64,000 nt of DNA, taken from assembly GCA_964496415.1 (NCBI GenBank), contig CAZBZN010000001.1, positions 9,819 through 73,818 of the forward strand, read 5' to 3'. This document shows, piece after piece, positions 1 to 10,109 of the stretch. The position numbers and the translations under genes are program-made. The notes beneath the pieces are model-generated. The model ran no database searches, had not been told where the DNA came from, and worked only from the letters and a program-made list of their open reading frames with translations. How positions within the stretch are numbered: the stretch's first letter is position 1; the number at the start of each line of letters is the position of its first letter. The DNA is from Candidatus Micrarchaeota archaeon (GTDB lineage: Archaea > B1Sed10-29 > JAJRYS01).

Positions 1-382
1 CCTTTTGCTTTAGGAAGTTCTTTTTCCTTAACAATTATCTTTGTTTCTATTTCCTTAGCTATTGGCCTAAAATCAGTCCTCTCAACTTTGACTTCAATTA
101 TCTCTTTCACTTTTTCTTTTTTCTCTTCAAGAATTTCAGGAGTTATTATCGTAGAATCTGAGGAAAGAATCTTAGTCATTAGTTCATCAAAATCAGAGTG
201 CCTTCTTATGATTTCAAGAGCCTCTGGAGTGATTAAGTAACCTTTTTCAGTTATTTTTTTTATGAACTCATCCATTAGACCACTCTCTCCAGGCAGCCCG
301 CGGGCTTCGCACGCCTTCATTTCGCTGAACTGCCTTGTAAAAAACAAGGCTGTTAATTTTTGGAATGTCAAAGTATAAATTG

Positions 383-1396
383 TTATGCTCTTTCAAAAGT
401 TTTTAATAAGTCAGGATTCTTTTCAAAGTACTCCCTAATTGGTTTAAGTATTTTTATTAAGTATTCTGCAGTGGCATTTTTTAAGTCAAGAGGATGAATC
501 TCACCATTAAGATACTTTTGCTCTAATTCTTCTGGACTGTTAATAATTAAATCACCACCATATTTTTCAGGCCTTTTAATTACTATTTTTTCTTCTTTTT
601 TCATTATCAAATACTTCATGTATTCAAACACAGGATTTCCTTCAATTTGTTTTTGAGGACAGTATGCTTTCATTATTTTTTGTCTTATTTCTTCCTCAGA
701 GGCAAAAAGCTCAAGCCTGCCTTGTTTTTTAGAAGCATCCATTTTTTTAGCGCCTTCAAGCCCAAGTCCTAAAGGCGTTAGTAACACTGACGGTTTTTTA
801 AAACCCAATTTTGGGAAAATTTCTCTTGTAAGCATGTAAACATGGCGGTTGTCAATCCCAGCATAAGCAAGATCAATATCTAAAGCCCAGCAGTCAAGAC
901 TCTGCATTAATGGGTACACTATTGATGACACTTTAGCGTTTTCCATGTTCCTACATACTTCAGAGGCAGCTCTTGCAGCTCTTTTAACTGTGACATAAGG
1001 CATCATTCTCAATAACTGCTTGTAGTATTCTTGATCAAGTTGAAAATCAGTACCAAACTTATAGGTTACATTTTTTCCTTCAAGCCCTATCAATTGCAGG
1101 CATTTTTTGTAAATCTCAGCCCGGTTATTAATTTCCTCCCACGGGGATTTCATATCATCCATGTAAGCATGCAGATTAGCGATTAGAATGGTATGGTCAA
1201 ACCCTGCTTTTATCAAATCAAACTGTTTTGCTATAGTCCTATAATACCCAATATGAGGTGGTCCTGAAGGAGCTATCCCCCAATAACTTTTTGCAGTCCT
1301 TTGTTTCAGTATTTCAATTAATTCTTGTTCTCCGATTAATTCTAAAGCATCTTGTTTGATTAGTTTTATTTTTTCATCAACATTCATTTTTTTCAC
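383..1396 (-). CDS. tyrS: tyrosyl-tRNA synthetase (archaeal type)
   Basis: The PSGPPHIGYY motif is a class I HIGH-type signature. The C-terminal region KMDASKKQGRLELFASEEEIRQKIMKAYCP...IKRPEKYGGDL...HPLDLKNATAEYLIKILKPIR aligns closely with archaeal TyrRS of the M. jannaschii type. Confidence 0.9.
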   Translation of the reverse strand: MKKMNVDEKIKLIKQDALELIGEQELIEILKQRTAKSYWGIAPSGPPHIGYYRTIAKQFDLIKAGFDHTILIANLHAYMDDMKSPWEEINNRAEIYKKCLQLIGLEGKNVTYKFGTDFQLDQEYYKQLLRMMPYVTVKRAARAASEVCRNMENAKVSSIVYPLMQSLDCWALDIDLAYAGIDNRHVYMLTREIFPKLGFKKPSVLLTPLGLGLEGAKKMDASKKQGRLELFASEEEIRQKIMKAYCPQKQIEGNPVFEYMKYLIMKKEEKIVIKRPEKYGGDLIINSPEELEQKYLNGEIHPLDLKNATAEYLIKILKPIREYFEKNPDLLKTFERA

Positions 1397-1659
1397 TCTT
1401 TTATTTCTTCTTTTATTCTTTCAAGCTCAGATATTATGTTCCATATTTCTGTCCTTGTATGAAAAGGCATGTTAATGTCATTGACAATTTCATCTAATGA
1501 GTAAATCGCACCCATGATGTTTACTTTAAGGTCTCCGCTGCTTAGGATTTTTTCTTTAGCTTCGTTTACTACTTTTTTAATGTTTCTTGGTACAGAATTA
1601 TCTTCAAGAATGCTATCCATTAATTCTGCTACTTGCTGGAGTTCTTCTTCAGGCTTCAT
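1393..1659 (-). CDS. UPF0147 family small archaeal protein
   Basis: 88 aa. Carries the VPRNIKK and NMPFHTRTEIWNIISELE motifs recalled from the archaeal UPF0147 family. There is a 4-nt overlap with tyrS. Confidence 0.55.
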   Translation of the reverse strand: MKPEEELQQVAELMDSILEDNSVPRNIKKVVNEAKEKILSSGDLKVNIMGAIYSLDEIVNDINMPFHTRTEIWNIISELERIKEEIKE

Positions 1660-1723
1660 TTTATCACCTTCAAAAATAGTGGTTATTGTTCTTTTAGAAA
1701 GTTTGTTTTTAAAAGAGTTTCTT

Positions 1724-2635
1724 TTACTTTTCAGAGAATTTTATTATCTCTTTCACTAATTTTTCAACTTCTTTTTCTTCAAGTAAGTTCAAGTGCATGT
1801 CTGCTTTCTCATATTTTTCAGTGCATAAGTCTTTTTTAGTGGCAACTATCATCAACTTGGGTTTTAGCCTTTCTTTTATTCTCTTCAGCAAGTTCTCTTG
1901 TTCCTTTAAAGAAAATCCACAGGTTTCTGAAGGGTCGATTACAAAAATTACTTTATCTGTTAAGTGTTTCAATGCGGCTATTGCTTTTTTTTCTGTCTTG
2001 TTCATTTTTGAAAAGTCCCTGTCAAGTAATCCAGGAGTATCTATTAGTTGAATTTCATGGTAAGGAGTTCTAATGAATCCTATTAGAAGCTTTTTCGTAG
2101 TAAAAGGATATGGTGCTGTTTTTACTTTTACCCCACTTACTCTTTTTAACAGTTCTGATTTCCCAACGTTTGGGCAGCCTGCTATTATTATCGTAGGAGT
2201 GTCTTTTATCCTTGGAAGGTTTCTCAATGCTTTTTCATAAGCTTCTAATGCTTCAAAATCAATGCTTTTAATTAAAGAAGCTATTCTTCCATAGAACTGC
2301 TTTCTTTTTTCAGCAGCTTTTTTCAAGTTCTCAGCGTACTTTGTCTTAATGTAGTACTCTTTTTCCAGTTTCTTTATTATCTCAGCGCAGTCCTTTGCTT
2401 TTTTTGCTTCTTTTTTAGCTTTTTTAACGTCAGTAAGAGTCTCTATTAGTTCTTTTTCAAACTCAGTTAACTGTTTTCTAACCTTACTTGAGGCTTTCAA
2501 AAGCTTTTTTACAGCAAGCTGAGAAGCAGTCTTAACCTTAAAAGCTTCCTTTTCTTTCCTTGTCTTAAACCTCTGCGACCCCGCTGTCTTTTTAGTTTTG
2601 ACAATTATCTGTTCAACAATTTCTTCTGCCTTCAT
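1724..2635 (-). CDS. NOG1-family GTP-binding protein
   Basis: P-loop GCPNVGKS and a G3 motif DTPG, preceded by a K-rich coiled-coil N-terminal region typical of archaeal Nog1-like GTPases. Confidence 0.75.
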   Translation of the reverse strand: MKAEEIVEQIIVKTKKTAGSQRFKTRKEKEAFKVKTASQLAVKKLLKASSKVRKQLTEFEKELIETLTDVKKAKKEAKKAKDCAEIIKKLEKEYYIKTKYAENLKKAAEKRKQFYGRIASLIKSIDFEALEAYEKALRNLPRIKDTPTIIIAGCPNVGKSELLKRVSGVKVKTAPYPFTTKKLLIGFIRTPYHEIQLIDTPGLLDRDFSKMNKTEKKAIAALKHLTDKVIFVIDPSETCGFSLKEQENLLKRIKERLKPKLMIVATKKDLCTEKYEKADMHLNLLEEKEVEKLVKEIIKFSEK

Positions 2636-2664
2636 TTTCTCCTCTTTCAGTTTTCATTTTTCAT

Positions 2665-3057
2665 TCACAGTTTTTCAAGAGCTTTTCTTTCTTTTTCAAG
2701 TATCATGAGTTTTTCTCTTAACTTTTCAATTTCCTTGCCCATTTTTTCTATTTCTAGTTTTTGCTGTTGAGTCAGCCCTCCTCTTATGCTAGCGTATTCT
2801 CCGTAAGCATCAATGTTTCTCAAAAGCAGGTTTATTCTTTCTTCTATTTTCTGTTGTTCTTGGTTAAGCCTTTGCAGGGCTTTTTCTTTTTCTTTCTGAA
2901 TTTTCATTATTCTCTTTTCAGCTTCTTGCCTGGCTTTTTCTATTTTCTTTTCTATCTGTTTTATTCTTTTGTTCTTAGGACCTAATATTTCCATCCATAT
3001 TTTTTGTTTTTCTTTTTTCCATCCTTTTGCAGCGCTTCTTCTTGCCATGAACATCAC
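2665..3057 (-). CDS. hypothetical K/E-rich coiled-coil protein
   Basis: 130 aa with strongly charged heptad-like repeats. I recognised no catalytic motif. Confidence 0.35.
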   Translation of the reverse strand: MMFMARRSAAKGWKKEKQKIWMEILGPKNKRIKQIEKKIEKARQEAEKRIMKIQKEKEKALQRLNQEQQKIEERINLLLRNIDAYGEYASIRGGLTQQQKLEIEKMGKEIEKLREKLMILEKERKALEKL

Positions 3058-3124
3058 CTTCCAATAACTTAGCTTTTTTGAATTATAAAAACTTTTTTAA
3101 GCTAGAAGTGAGTTGTTTTAAAAC

Positions 3125-3814
3125 ATGAAGTACAGGTCATTAATCATTGCATTAGTGTTAAGTTCAGTTGTTTTAGCATCTTGTCAGGACTATGCAAAAT
3201 TAGCTGAAGAAAGAACACTTCCACCTTATCCTAATTATTTTGGAGCAGCTGGAGAATTTCAGCATGCTGCTGACTGCTATTACTCAATAGGTGAAGAAGC
3301 TTTAGCTAAAGAGTATTACGCAAAAGCAGCAGAGTATTATACTGTTGCGGTTACTCAGTTGGTTGAAGGCGGGGATAATTACTTGAGAGGAAAGAGTTAT
3401 GAGCTTGCCGGTGATTCTTATTACAAGGCAGGAATGATTTCACAAGCAATTCAGGCATATAACAAGTCTTTCACTGTTTTTTCATCAAATGGGTATGATG
3501 CTGAAGCGCAACAGGTAATGAAAAAACTAGAAGCTCTTACTAAAAGAGTTGACCTTTCTCCTTATGTTGGATTGATTTCTTTAACAGCATTATTTTTCAG
3601 CTTGTTTTCTTTAGTTTATGTCTGGAGTTATTCAAGAAAAAACCAGCAGCCGTTAGTAATAGAAAAAAAGATAATTAAAAGAGAAGTAGTTGAAAAACCA
3701 ATAAAAAAGATTGAATTTAAGAAGAAAGAAGAAGTTCCAGTAAAAAAGAGAGAAGTGATGAGTCCTAAAGAAAAGCTTGCTAAGAAGCTTAGGGAAAAAT
3801 ACATGCCTAAGTGA
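3125..3814 (+). CDS. membrane-anchored TPR-like repeat protein (putative lipoprotein)
   Basis: N-terminal signal peptide with LASC (lipobox-like). Tyr/Ala-rich TPR-like repeats. One C-terminal TM helix followed by a K/E-rich tail. Confidence 0.45.
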   Translation: MKYRSLIIALVLSSVVLASCQDYAKLAEERTLPPYPNYFGAAGEFQHAADCYYSIGEEALAKEYYAKAAEYYTVAVTQLVEGGDNYLRGKSYELAGDSYYKAGMISQAIQAYNKSFTVFSSNGYDAEAQQVMKKLEALTKRVDLSPYVGLISLTALFFSLFSLVYVWSYSRKNQQPLVIEKKIIKREVVEKPIKKIEFKKKEEVPVKKREVMSPKEKLAKKLREKYMPK

Positions 3815-5499
3815 GGCTGGTTGCTTTGAATTTTTTTGAAATAAAAAGCCATGACCTGGCTGCTAGGATAACAAAGCTTAAGACAAACCATGGGACAATA
3901 ACTACTCCTACGATTCTTCCAGTCATAAACCCAAAAGCACAGGTTATTCCTGCTTCTGAAATGAAAGAGTTCGGAGTAGAAGCAGTGATTACTAATGCGT
4001 ACATTCTTTGGAAGGACTTAAGAGAAGAAGCATTAGATAAAGGCGTGCATGATTTGATAGGGTTTAACGGTCCAGTGATGACTGACTCTGGAGCTTACCA
4101 GTTAATGGAGTACGGCGAGATAAGCGTAAGCAATAGGGAAGTAATCGACTTCCAGAAGAAGATAGGTGTTGATGTTGGAGTAATTCTCGACGTTCCAACA
4201 AGCAGCAGCGACGAAGAAGCAGTGAAAGCAAGCGTTGCAGAGACCATTACACGCGCAAAGGAAGCAAAGCAATGGGCTGATGATTCTCTTTTGTGGGCTG
4301 GGCCTGTGCAAGGCGGGACTAACTTAAAGCTGTTGAAGAAGTCTGCGATGGTCATGGATTCTCTTGGATATGACATCCTGCCAATTGGTTCTGTTGTTCC
4401 TTTGCTTGTGAAGTATGATTTCGCTTCAGTCGTGAGGATGATTAAGACAGTAAGAGAAACCACTGAAAAGCCTTTGCATTTGTTCGGCGCAGGTCATCCT
4501 ATGTTCTTTTCTTTTGCAGTAGCTCTTGGAATTGACTTGTTTGACTCAGCTGCTTATGCTTTGTATGCTAAGGAAGGAAGGTACTTGACTCCTCTTGGCA
4601 CGAAACACTTGTCAGAACTTAAAGAACTCCCTTGCTCCTGTCCAGTATGTTCTAACACTCCTTTAAAAGAAATGGACGAGGAGAAGCTTGCAAGGCATAA
4701 TCTTTTCGTAACAATGCAGGAGATAAGAACTGTAAGACAAGCTATAAGAGAAGGGGAATTGTTTGACTTGTTGTGCCAGAGAGCTGCTTCCCATCCTTCT
4801 CTTTACAAGGCAATGAAACAACTTGTCAAATACAAGGATTTCTTTGACAAAAGAGACCCCATTACTAAGAAGCACTTCTTTTACTCCTCTGAGTTTTCAA
4901 AGCACAGGGTAGAAGTAATAAGAGTCAAGGAAAGGCTTTCAAGAATAAAGTCAAAGCAAAAGCAAGACATAGGACTGTTCAAACAAGTTCCAATAACACT
5001 AACAGAATGCTATCCTTTCACTCAGTATGTTGACGGGGAGGAGAGAAAGCTGAAAAAAGCTCCAAATGGTTTTGAGAAGATAAGAGACGCAAGCTTGTAC
5101 TGGTTTGGAGTGAATTTGTTCAAGCCAACGGACACTGTAAAAGTGTCAAGAAGCACTGGGAAGATAAGAGCAGTGTACAGGAAAGGAGAGTTGTTAGCTG
5201 TTTTCAGAGCATCAGACTTTATGATAATGCTTCATGCTGCTTCAAGAGACCTGCATGAAAAAACAAGACCACCCGAACATAGAGTGATAGTAAGAAAAGA
5301 CGTTGCTGAATTCATCAAGCAAGGGAAGAGCGTGTTCGCAAAACATGTTATTAACTGTGGTAACATAGTGCCAGGCCAACAAGTACTGGTAGTCACAGAA
5401 GACGACGAGCTTTTAGCATCAGGAGACGCTTTGCTTAACTCTTCTGAAATGCTTGCAATGAAAAAAGGCCCTGCAGTAAGCGTGAGATGGCATGCGTAA
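3811..5499 (+). CDS. tgtA: archaeosine tRNA-guanine transglycosylase (ArcTGT) with C-terminal PUA domain
   Basis: N-terminus has the TGT fold (HGTITTPTILPVINP). Zn site CSCPVCS. About 560 aa with C-terminal PUA-like beta domains. Confidence 0.9.
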   Translation: MRLVALNFFEIKSHDLAARITKLKTNHGTITTPTILPVINPKAQVIPASEMKEFGVEAVITNAYILWKDLREEALDKGVHDLIGFNGPVMTDSGAYQLMEYGEISVSNREVIDFQKKIGVDVGVILDVPTSSSDEEAVKASVAETITRAKEAKQWADDSLLWAGPVQGGTNLKLLKKSAMVMDSLGYDILPIGSVVPLLVKYDFASVVRMIKTVRETTEKPLHLFGAGHPMFFSFAVALGIDLFDSAAYALYAKEGRYLTPLGTKHLSELKELPCSCPVCSNTPLKEMDEEKLARHNLFVTMQEIRTVRQAIREGELFDLLCQRAASHPSLYKAMKQLVKYKDFFDKRDPITKKHFFYSSEFSKHRVEVIRVKERLSRIKSKQKQDIGLFKQVPITLTECYPFTQYVDGEERKLKKAPNGFEKIRDASLYWFGVNLFKPTDTVKVSRSTGKIRAVYRKGELLAVFRASDFMIMLHAASRDLHEKTRPPEHRVIVRKDVAEFIKQGKSVFAKHVINCGNIVPGQQVLVVTEDDELLASGDALLNSSEMLAMKKGPAVSVRWHA

Positions 5500-5646
5500 T
5501 TACATTTCCCAGGGTTCTTTTTGACGTTGGTTCATTTTCATTTCTTGAAGTTCTGCAAGTCTTTTTTCAAGCTCTATTCTGGCAATATGTGACTTTACTT
5601 GCTGTAGTTTTCTTCTCACAAGCTCTATTTCAGCATCAATATCCAT
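5500..5646 (-). CDS. putative 48-aa coiled-coil small protein co-transcribed with trmI
   Basis: Not in the ORF track because it is under 60 aa. The ATG lies 13 nt after the trmI stop and is preceded by GAGGTGA 7 nt upstream. Translation: MDIDAEIELVRRKLQQVKSHIARIELEKRLAELQEMKMNQRQKEPWEM. No homolog recognised. Confidence 0.3.
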   Translation of the reverse strand: MDIDAEIELVRRKLQQVKSHIARIELEKRLAELQEMKMNQRQKEPWEM

Positions 5647-5659
5647 TCTCTTTCACCTC

Positions 5660-6379
5660 TTATCTTTTTCTAGCAAATATGAAAAAGCCTGGAAAGCCAA
5701 GAAGCCCTTTCACACGAGCATATTTCTTGACTATCACTTCTTTGTTGTCAAACTGAATCCCACGTATGTCAAAGTAGTTAAGTGCTTCAAAAGCCCTCCA
5801 AACTGGTTTTATGCTGTCCATTACTGGGGAATAAACCCCAAAGAAGCCACCTGGTTTTAAGCAGTAGTCAAGAGCTTTCACTGCTCTTTCAGGTTCTTGC
5901 ATGTCAATGAATACTGCGTCAAAGAATTCTTTTCTAAGCTTTGCAGTTAACACGTCCTTGTTGTACAAGTGCACGTTTTTCAATCCTTTAAGGTTCTCTT
6001 TTGCTTTCTCATAGAACCTTTCTTCTTTTTCATAAGAGTAAACCTCTGCGCCTATCTGCGAGAAATAATAAGCAGTCCCGCCTGTTCCTGTTCCTGACTC
6101 AAGCACTTTTGAGCCTTTTTTTATGCTAAGCATTGCTGCTATTATTCCTGCATCATAAGGGTATATTGGTCTTGAAGCCATTTTGAAATTTTCAACTTGG
6201 TCCTGAATGCTTGACTCGTAGGCTAAGAACACATATCCTTTATGCGTTTTAACTTCTTTTCGTTTACCAACAGCTTTATTAAGCTCTCTGGTTTTAATAA
6301 CCCCGTAATGAGTGTTTATTAATTTGGGGGTTTTCCTTATCACGAGCTTGTTTCCATGAGCATCAATTAAGGTGTACAT
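5660..6379 (-). CDS. trmI: tRNA (adenine57/58-N1)-methyltransferase TrmI
   Basis: The SAM-binding motif VLESGTGTGG and overall layout match Gcd14/TrmI m1A methyltransferases. Confidence 0.75.
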   Translation of the reverse strand: MYTLIDAHGNKLVIRKTPKLINTHYGVIKTRELNKAVGKRKEVKTHKGYVFLAYESSIQDQVENFKMASRPIYPYDAGIIAAMLSIKKGSKVLESGTGTGGTAYYFSQIGAEVYSYEKEERFYEKAKENLKGLKNVHLYNKDVLTAKLRKEFFDAVFIDMQEPERAVKALDYCLKPGGFFGVYSPVMDSIKPVWRAFEALNYFDIRGIQFDNKEVIVKKYARVKGLLGFPGFFIFARKR

Positions 6380-7352
6380 AATGGGAATTTACGATTCAAA
6401 ACATTATAAACTATTACTATTGATTCCTATTACTATCTTAGTGTTTGCATTGTATTTTTCTACAAAAGTTGAGCCAGGCATAGACCTGCAAGGCGGGACT
6501 TTGGTTACTGTTTCTGCTGGCTCAGAGGTAAACGCAGATCAATTAAAGCAAGAGCTTGAGAAAAATTTTGAATTAGAAGATTTGAAAGTGAGAAGCATTA
6601 GTGGTGGAACAACAGGTGTTTATATTGAATTTAAAGGGGAGAAAAACTTGCTTGAAATGCAAAAGTTGATTAATTCAGGCAAGTATCATGAGCTTTCTTC
6701 TTACTGCGGTTATGACGTTAATTCAAAGGATGCTGCTGACAAGTGTTTTTCTCAGAAAAGAGAGGAATTTAAAAATGCTTTTGTAAAGCTTGTTTCAAGG
6801 GAGACTGGTGCTTCTTCAGATGCTTTTTCTATTCAGGAAGTAGGGCCTTCACTTGGCAAGGTGTTTTTGGACCAAGCAAGAAATGCTATAATAATTGCTT
6901 TTGTTTTAATCATTTTCCTAATCTTTTATTACTTCAGGACTCCTGTCGTCTCTTTTGCAGTAGCGCAGTCCGCTTTCTTTGATGTTCTTGTTGCTTACTC
7001 TTCTTTAGGTTTTTTAGGTATTCCATTATCATTATCAACAATCGCTCCTTTATTAATGCTTATTGGTTATTCTGTTGATACTGACATAATGCTTACTGAC
7101 TGGCTTATTTCAAGAAAAACAAAATCACCAACAGATAGGGCTTATAAAGCAATGAAAACTGGTTTGACAATGACTGGTACTACTCTAACAGCACTCACTG
7201 TAATGCTGTTGGTAGCTTATTATGCTCACATAATCACTATTATGAACATAGCTTTAGTGTTATTATTTGGATTGCTTGCTGACTTAGTAGGTACTTGGTT
7301 TACTAACGCAGTAATAATTTTATGGCATCTTGAAAAGAAGGTGAAAAAATGA
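6372..7352 (+). CDS. secF: protein-export membrane protein SecF
   Basis: N-terminal TM helix, GIDLQGGT motif and a C-terminal six-TM bundle. The archaeal secF-secD gene order is present. Confidence 0.8.
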   Translation: MYIMGIYDSKHYKLLLLIPITILVFALYFSTKVEPGIDLQGGTLVTVSAGSEVNADQLKQELEKNFELEDLKVRSISGGTTGVYIEFKGEKNLLEMQKLINSGKYHELSSYCGYDVNSKDAADKCFSQKREEFKNAFVKLVSRETGASSDAFSIQEVGPSLGKVFLDQARNAIIIAFVLIIFLIFYYFRTPVVSFAVAQSAFFDVLVAYSSLGFLGIPLSLSTIAPLLMLIGYSVDTDIMLTDWLISRKTKSPTDRAYKAMKTGLTMTGTTLTALTVMLLVAYYAHIITIMNIALVLLFGLLADLVGTWFTNAVIILWHLEKKVKK

Positions 7353-8899
7353 CTCTATCAAAGATATTTAAAAACAGGAAAGTTAAGATTTCCTTAGCAT
7401 TATTTCTTTTGATTGGTGTTTTTCCTTTAATGTTTAAAGGCTTACAGTTTGGGATGGATTTTAAGGGAGGAACTTTAATTCAAGTAAGTCTTGTAAAAGA
7501 AGAGAATACTTCTTTTGACATTTCTTCAGTGATAAAAGTAATGCAATCAAGGCTTAATGCTTATGGGTTAAAGGATGTCTCTGTAAAGCCTTATGGTAAT
7601 GAGTATGTGATAATTGAGATTGCTGAGACAGATCCTAAAGTTGTTAATCAAATCCAGTCTTTGCTTGGTCAGCAGGGAAAGTTTGAAGCATTATTTGAAG
7701 GAAAGGTAGTGTTGACTGGTTCTGATATTCAGTCAGTAATCACAGATCCTCAGCAGGGTTATGGGATCAGAGGGTCTCAGGGGAATTACGAGTGGATAGT
7801 TCCTTTTAGGATAACTTCTCAGGCTTCTGAGAGAATAGCTAAAGAATTTGAAGGAAAGTGCAGTACTCCTCAAGCACAGACTTGTCCTGAAAAATTATAC
7901 ATGTTTATAGACAGACCATCAAATGCAGTCATAGTTATTCCAACTAATTTAGCTAATGAAGAAGCATACATTTCTGAGACCCTTGAAAAAACACAGGAAG
8001 CCCAATCAACTATTCCTTTAGAAGAACTGGTAAGAGAGTCAGGTGAGGAGCTTATAATAACTAATTCCATTACTGATGAGGTCATTGATAAGGTTAAAGG
8101 CAAGACAGTTATCATTCCTGAAGGGTATTATTCTGACAACGAGGTTGCTTTGCTTAATTCTTCAGCTTCCAAATTGTTGGTTAAAGCAAAAGCAGAAGAC
8201 TATTGGATTGTTAGTGCTTTGAATTTAGAGAATATAGTTCACTTAACTCCAGGAGTGACTGCAGGAGTACCTGTTACTACTCCAAGTATCACTGGTCATG
8301 CTGCTGATTATGAAAAGGCAAATGAAGAAATGAATAGAGTGGTGATCTTGCTTAAGTCAGGAAAGCTTCCTGTTTCTGTTTCAATAGCAAGCGTGTCTAC
8401 TATCTCACCTGTTTTTGGAACAGAGTTTGTAAGGTATAGTTTGTTTGCTGGCTTGCTTGCAGTGTTAAGCGTCGGAGCTTTCATAACTGCAAGATATAGG
8501 AAGCTTGTCATAGCTTTTCCAATAATGGCTACCATGCTGATGGAAGTGATAATGATTTTAGGCATGGCTGCTTTGATAGGCTGGCAGCTTGACTTAGCAG
8601 CTATTGCAGGAGTTATTGCTGCTGTTGGTACAGGGGTCGATCATCAGATTCTGATTACTGATGAGGTTTTGAGAGGAGAAGAAGATGAGGAAGTTCAGAG
8701 GTCAAGACTTGGTAAGATTAAGAAAGCTTTTTCAATAATAATGCGTTCAGCTACCACCACTATCGTTGCTTTGATTCCTTTGTTCATGATAGGGCTTGGT
8801 GCTTTGAAAGGATTTGCGCTTACAAGCATTTTAGGCATACTTATAGGAGTTTTTATTACAAGGCCTACTTATGCTGCCATTATTAAGGAGTTAGTTTGA
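7349..8899 (+). CDS. secD: protein-export membrane protein SecD
   Basis: GMDFKGGT motif, a large extracytoplasmic domain and a C-terminal six-TM bundle. There is a 4-nt overlap with secF. Confidence 0.8.
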   Translation: MTLSKIFKNRKVKISLALFLLIGVFPLMFKGLQFGMDFKGGTLIQVSLVKEENTSFDISSVIKVMQSRLNAYGLKDVSVKPYGNEYVIIEIAETDPKVVNQIQSLLGQQGKFEALFEGKVVLTGSDIQSVITDPQQGYGIRGSQGNYEWIVPFRITSQASERIAKEFEGKCSTPQAQTCPEKLYMFIDRPSNAVIVIPTNLANEEAYISETLEKTQEAQSTIPLEELVRESGEELIITNSITDEVIDKVKGKTVIIPEGYYSDNEVALLNSSASKLLVKAKAEDYWIVSALNLENIVHLTPGVTAGVPVTTPSITGHAADYEKANEEMNRVVILLKSGKLPVSVSIASVSTISPVFGTEFVRYSLFAGLLAVLSVGAFITARYRKLVIAFPIMATMLMEVIMILGMAALIGWQLDLAAIAGVIAAVGTGVDHQILITDEVLRGEEDEEVQRSRLGKIKKAFSIIMRSATTTIVALIPLFMIGLGALKGFALTSILGILIGVFITRPTYAAIIKELV

Positions 8900-8909
8900 A
8901 GGGTGGCTT

Positions 8910-9605
8910 ATGGAGAGAATAAAGACAGGTGTGGAAGGGCTGGATTACTTGCTTGAAGGAGGCTTTCCTCATCCTTCCTCTGTCCTGATTACAGGGCCTC
9001 CTGGTTCAGGTAAGACCATTTTAGGATTACAATTTCTTTACGAAGGAGCTTCAAAGTATAAAGAACCAGGATTGCTGATTAATATGGAAGGTTTTCCTAA
9101 TGAAATTTCTTGGTATGCTGAAGTTTTTGACTGGGATTTGGGAGCATTACAGCAGAAAGGATTGCTTATTTTTTCCTCTTATGATCCTGCAGAGTTTGAA
9201 AAGTTTGAGCTTAGGACTCTTCATTCTGAGATAATAATCCAGCTGCAGAGAGTGATAAAACAGATTAAAGCTAAAAGAGTGGTTATTGATTCTATTACTC
9301 CTTTAGGCCAAGCTTTAAAAGATAAAGCTAAGTTTAGGACTTTACTTTATTACCTTTCTAAAGCACTTAAGGAGAATGGTTGTACTTCTTTGTTTATTGC
9401 TGAAAAAGTTGACGAAAAGGATACTGAGTTTCAGGTGGAATCCTTTTTGATGGATGGCGTTATAGAACTTAATTTTACTGCTCGTGCAGATGTTTTGGAG
9501 AATACTTTAATGATTAAGAAGATGGTTGCTACTAAGTTTCCAAGGTCAAAATACTTGATTGATTTTTCAGAAAAAGGAATAAGGCTTGCTACTGGGTATT
9601 ATTAA
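8910..9605 (+). CDS. KaiC-like RecA-superfamily ATPase (single domain)
   Basis: Walker A GPPGSGKT. A RecA/KaiC-like fold of about 230 aa, typical of archaeal KaiC homologs. Confidence 0.75.
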   Translation: MERIKTGVEGLDYLLEGGFPHPSSVLITGPPGSGKTILGLQFLYEGASKYKEPGLLINMEGFPNEISWYAEVFDWDLGALQQKGLLIFSSYDPAEFEKFELRTLHSEIIIQLQRVIKQIKAKRVVIDSITPLGQALKDKAKFRTLLYYLSKALKENGCTSLFIAEKVDEKDTEFQVESFLMDGVIELNFTARADVLENTLMIKKMVATKFPRSKYLIDFSEKGIRLATGYY

Positions 9606-10109
9606 TTACCATGGTACTTTTTTTAGTTTTAGTAAATAACCGATGAAATTAACGGTTAAGTGCGCTGCAGGGGTTATTATTAGTAAAAAACAGAACTGGT
9701 TTAGGGTTATTGGTTTTATCAGCATGCCTAAGCATACTGCTCCTATTAAGAAATCAATCTGGTCAAGGATTGGAACTGGCTGACCGCTTTTTACCCCCAC
9801 TTGTCTTTTTAAGAAGCTTCCCGCAAAGTCTCCTAATACTGCTCCAAGAGACAAGAAAAATGCTAAAATAATTAATGAAAAATCTGCTGTAAACGTGGCT
9901 AGTAATGCTCCTGTAAGAGTTCCAAAGAAAATACCGCTTGCTGTTCCTCTTATTGTTTTCCCTTTTCCAAGAATTCTTTTTCCTCTTATTGTTTTTCCGA
10001 AGTCAATGCTTTTTCCTCCTCCGAATAACGCTGCTGAAGAATTACAAATGTACGCTGGGAGGATGTATATTAACGCCTGAACCATTGTTGAGGGATTCAT
10101 TTTTATCAC
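9606..10109 (-). CDS. carS: CDP-archaeol synthase
   Basis: 167 aa, multi-TM. Motifs GKSIDFGKT and GKGKTIRG, and a C-terminal KVPW, match CarS (DUF46) such as A. fulgidus CarS. Confidence 0.85.
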   Translation of the reverse strand: MIKMNPSTMVQALIYILPAYICNSSAALFGGGKSIDFGKTIRGKRILGKGKTIRGTASGIFFGTLTGALLATFTADFSLIILAFFLSLGAVLGDFAGSFLKRQVGVKSGQPVPILDQIDFLIGAVCLGMLIKPITLNQFCFLLIITPAAHLTVNFIGYLLKLKKVPW

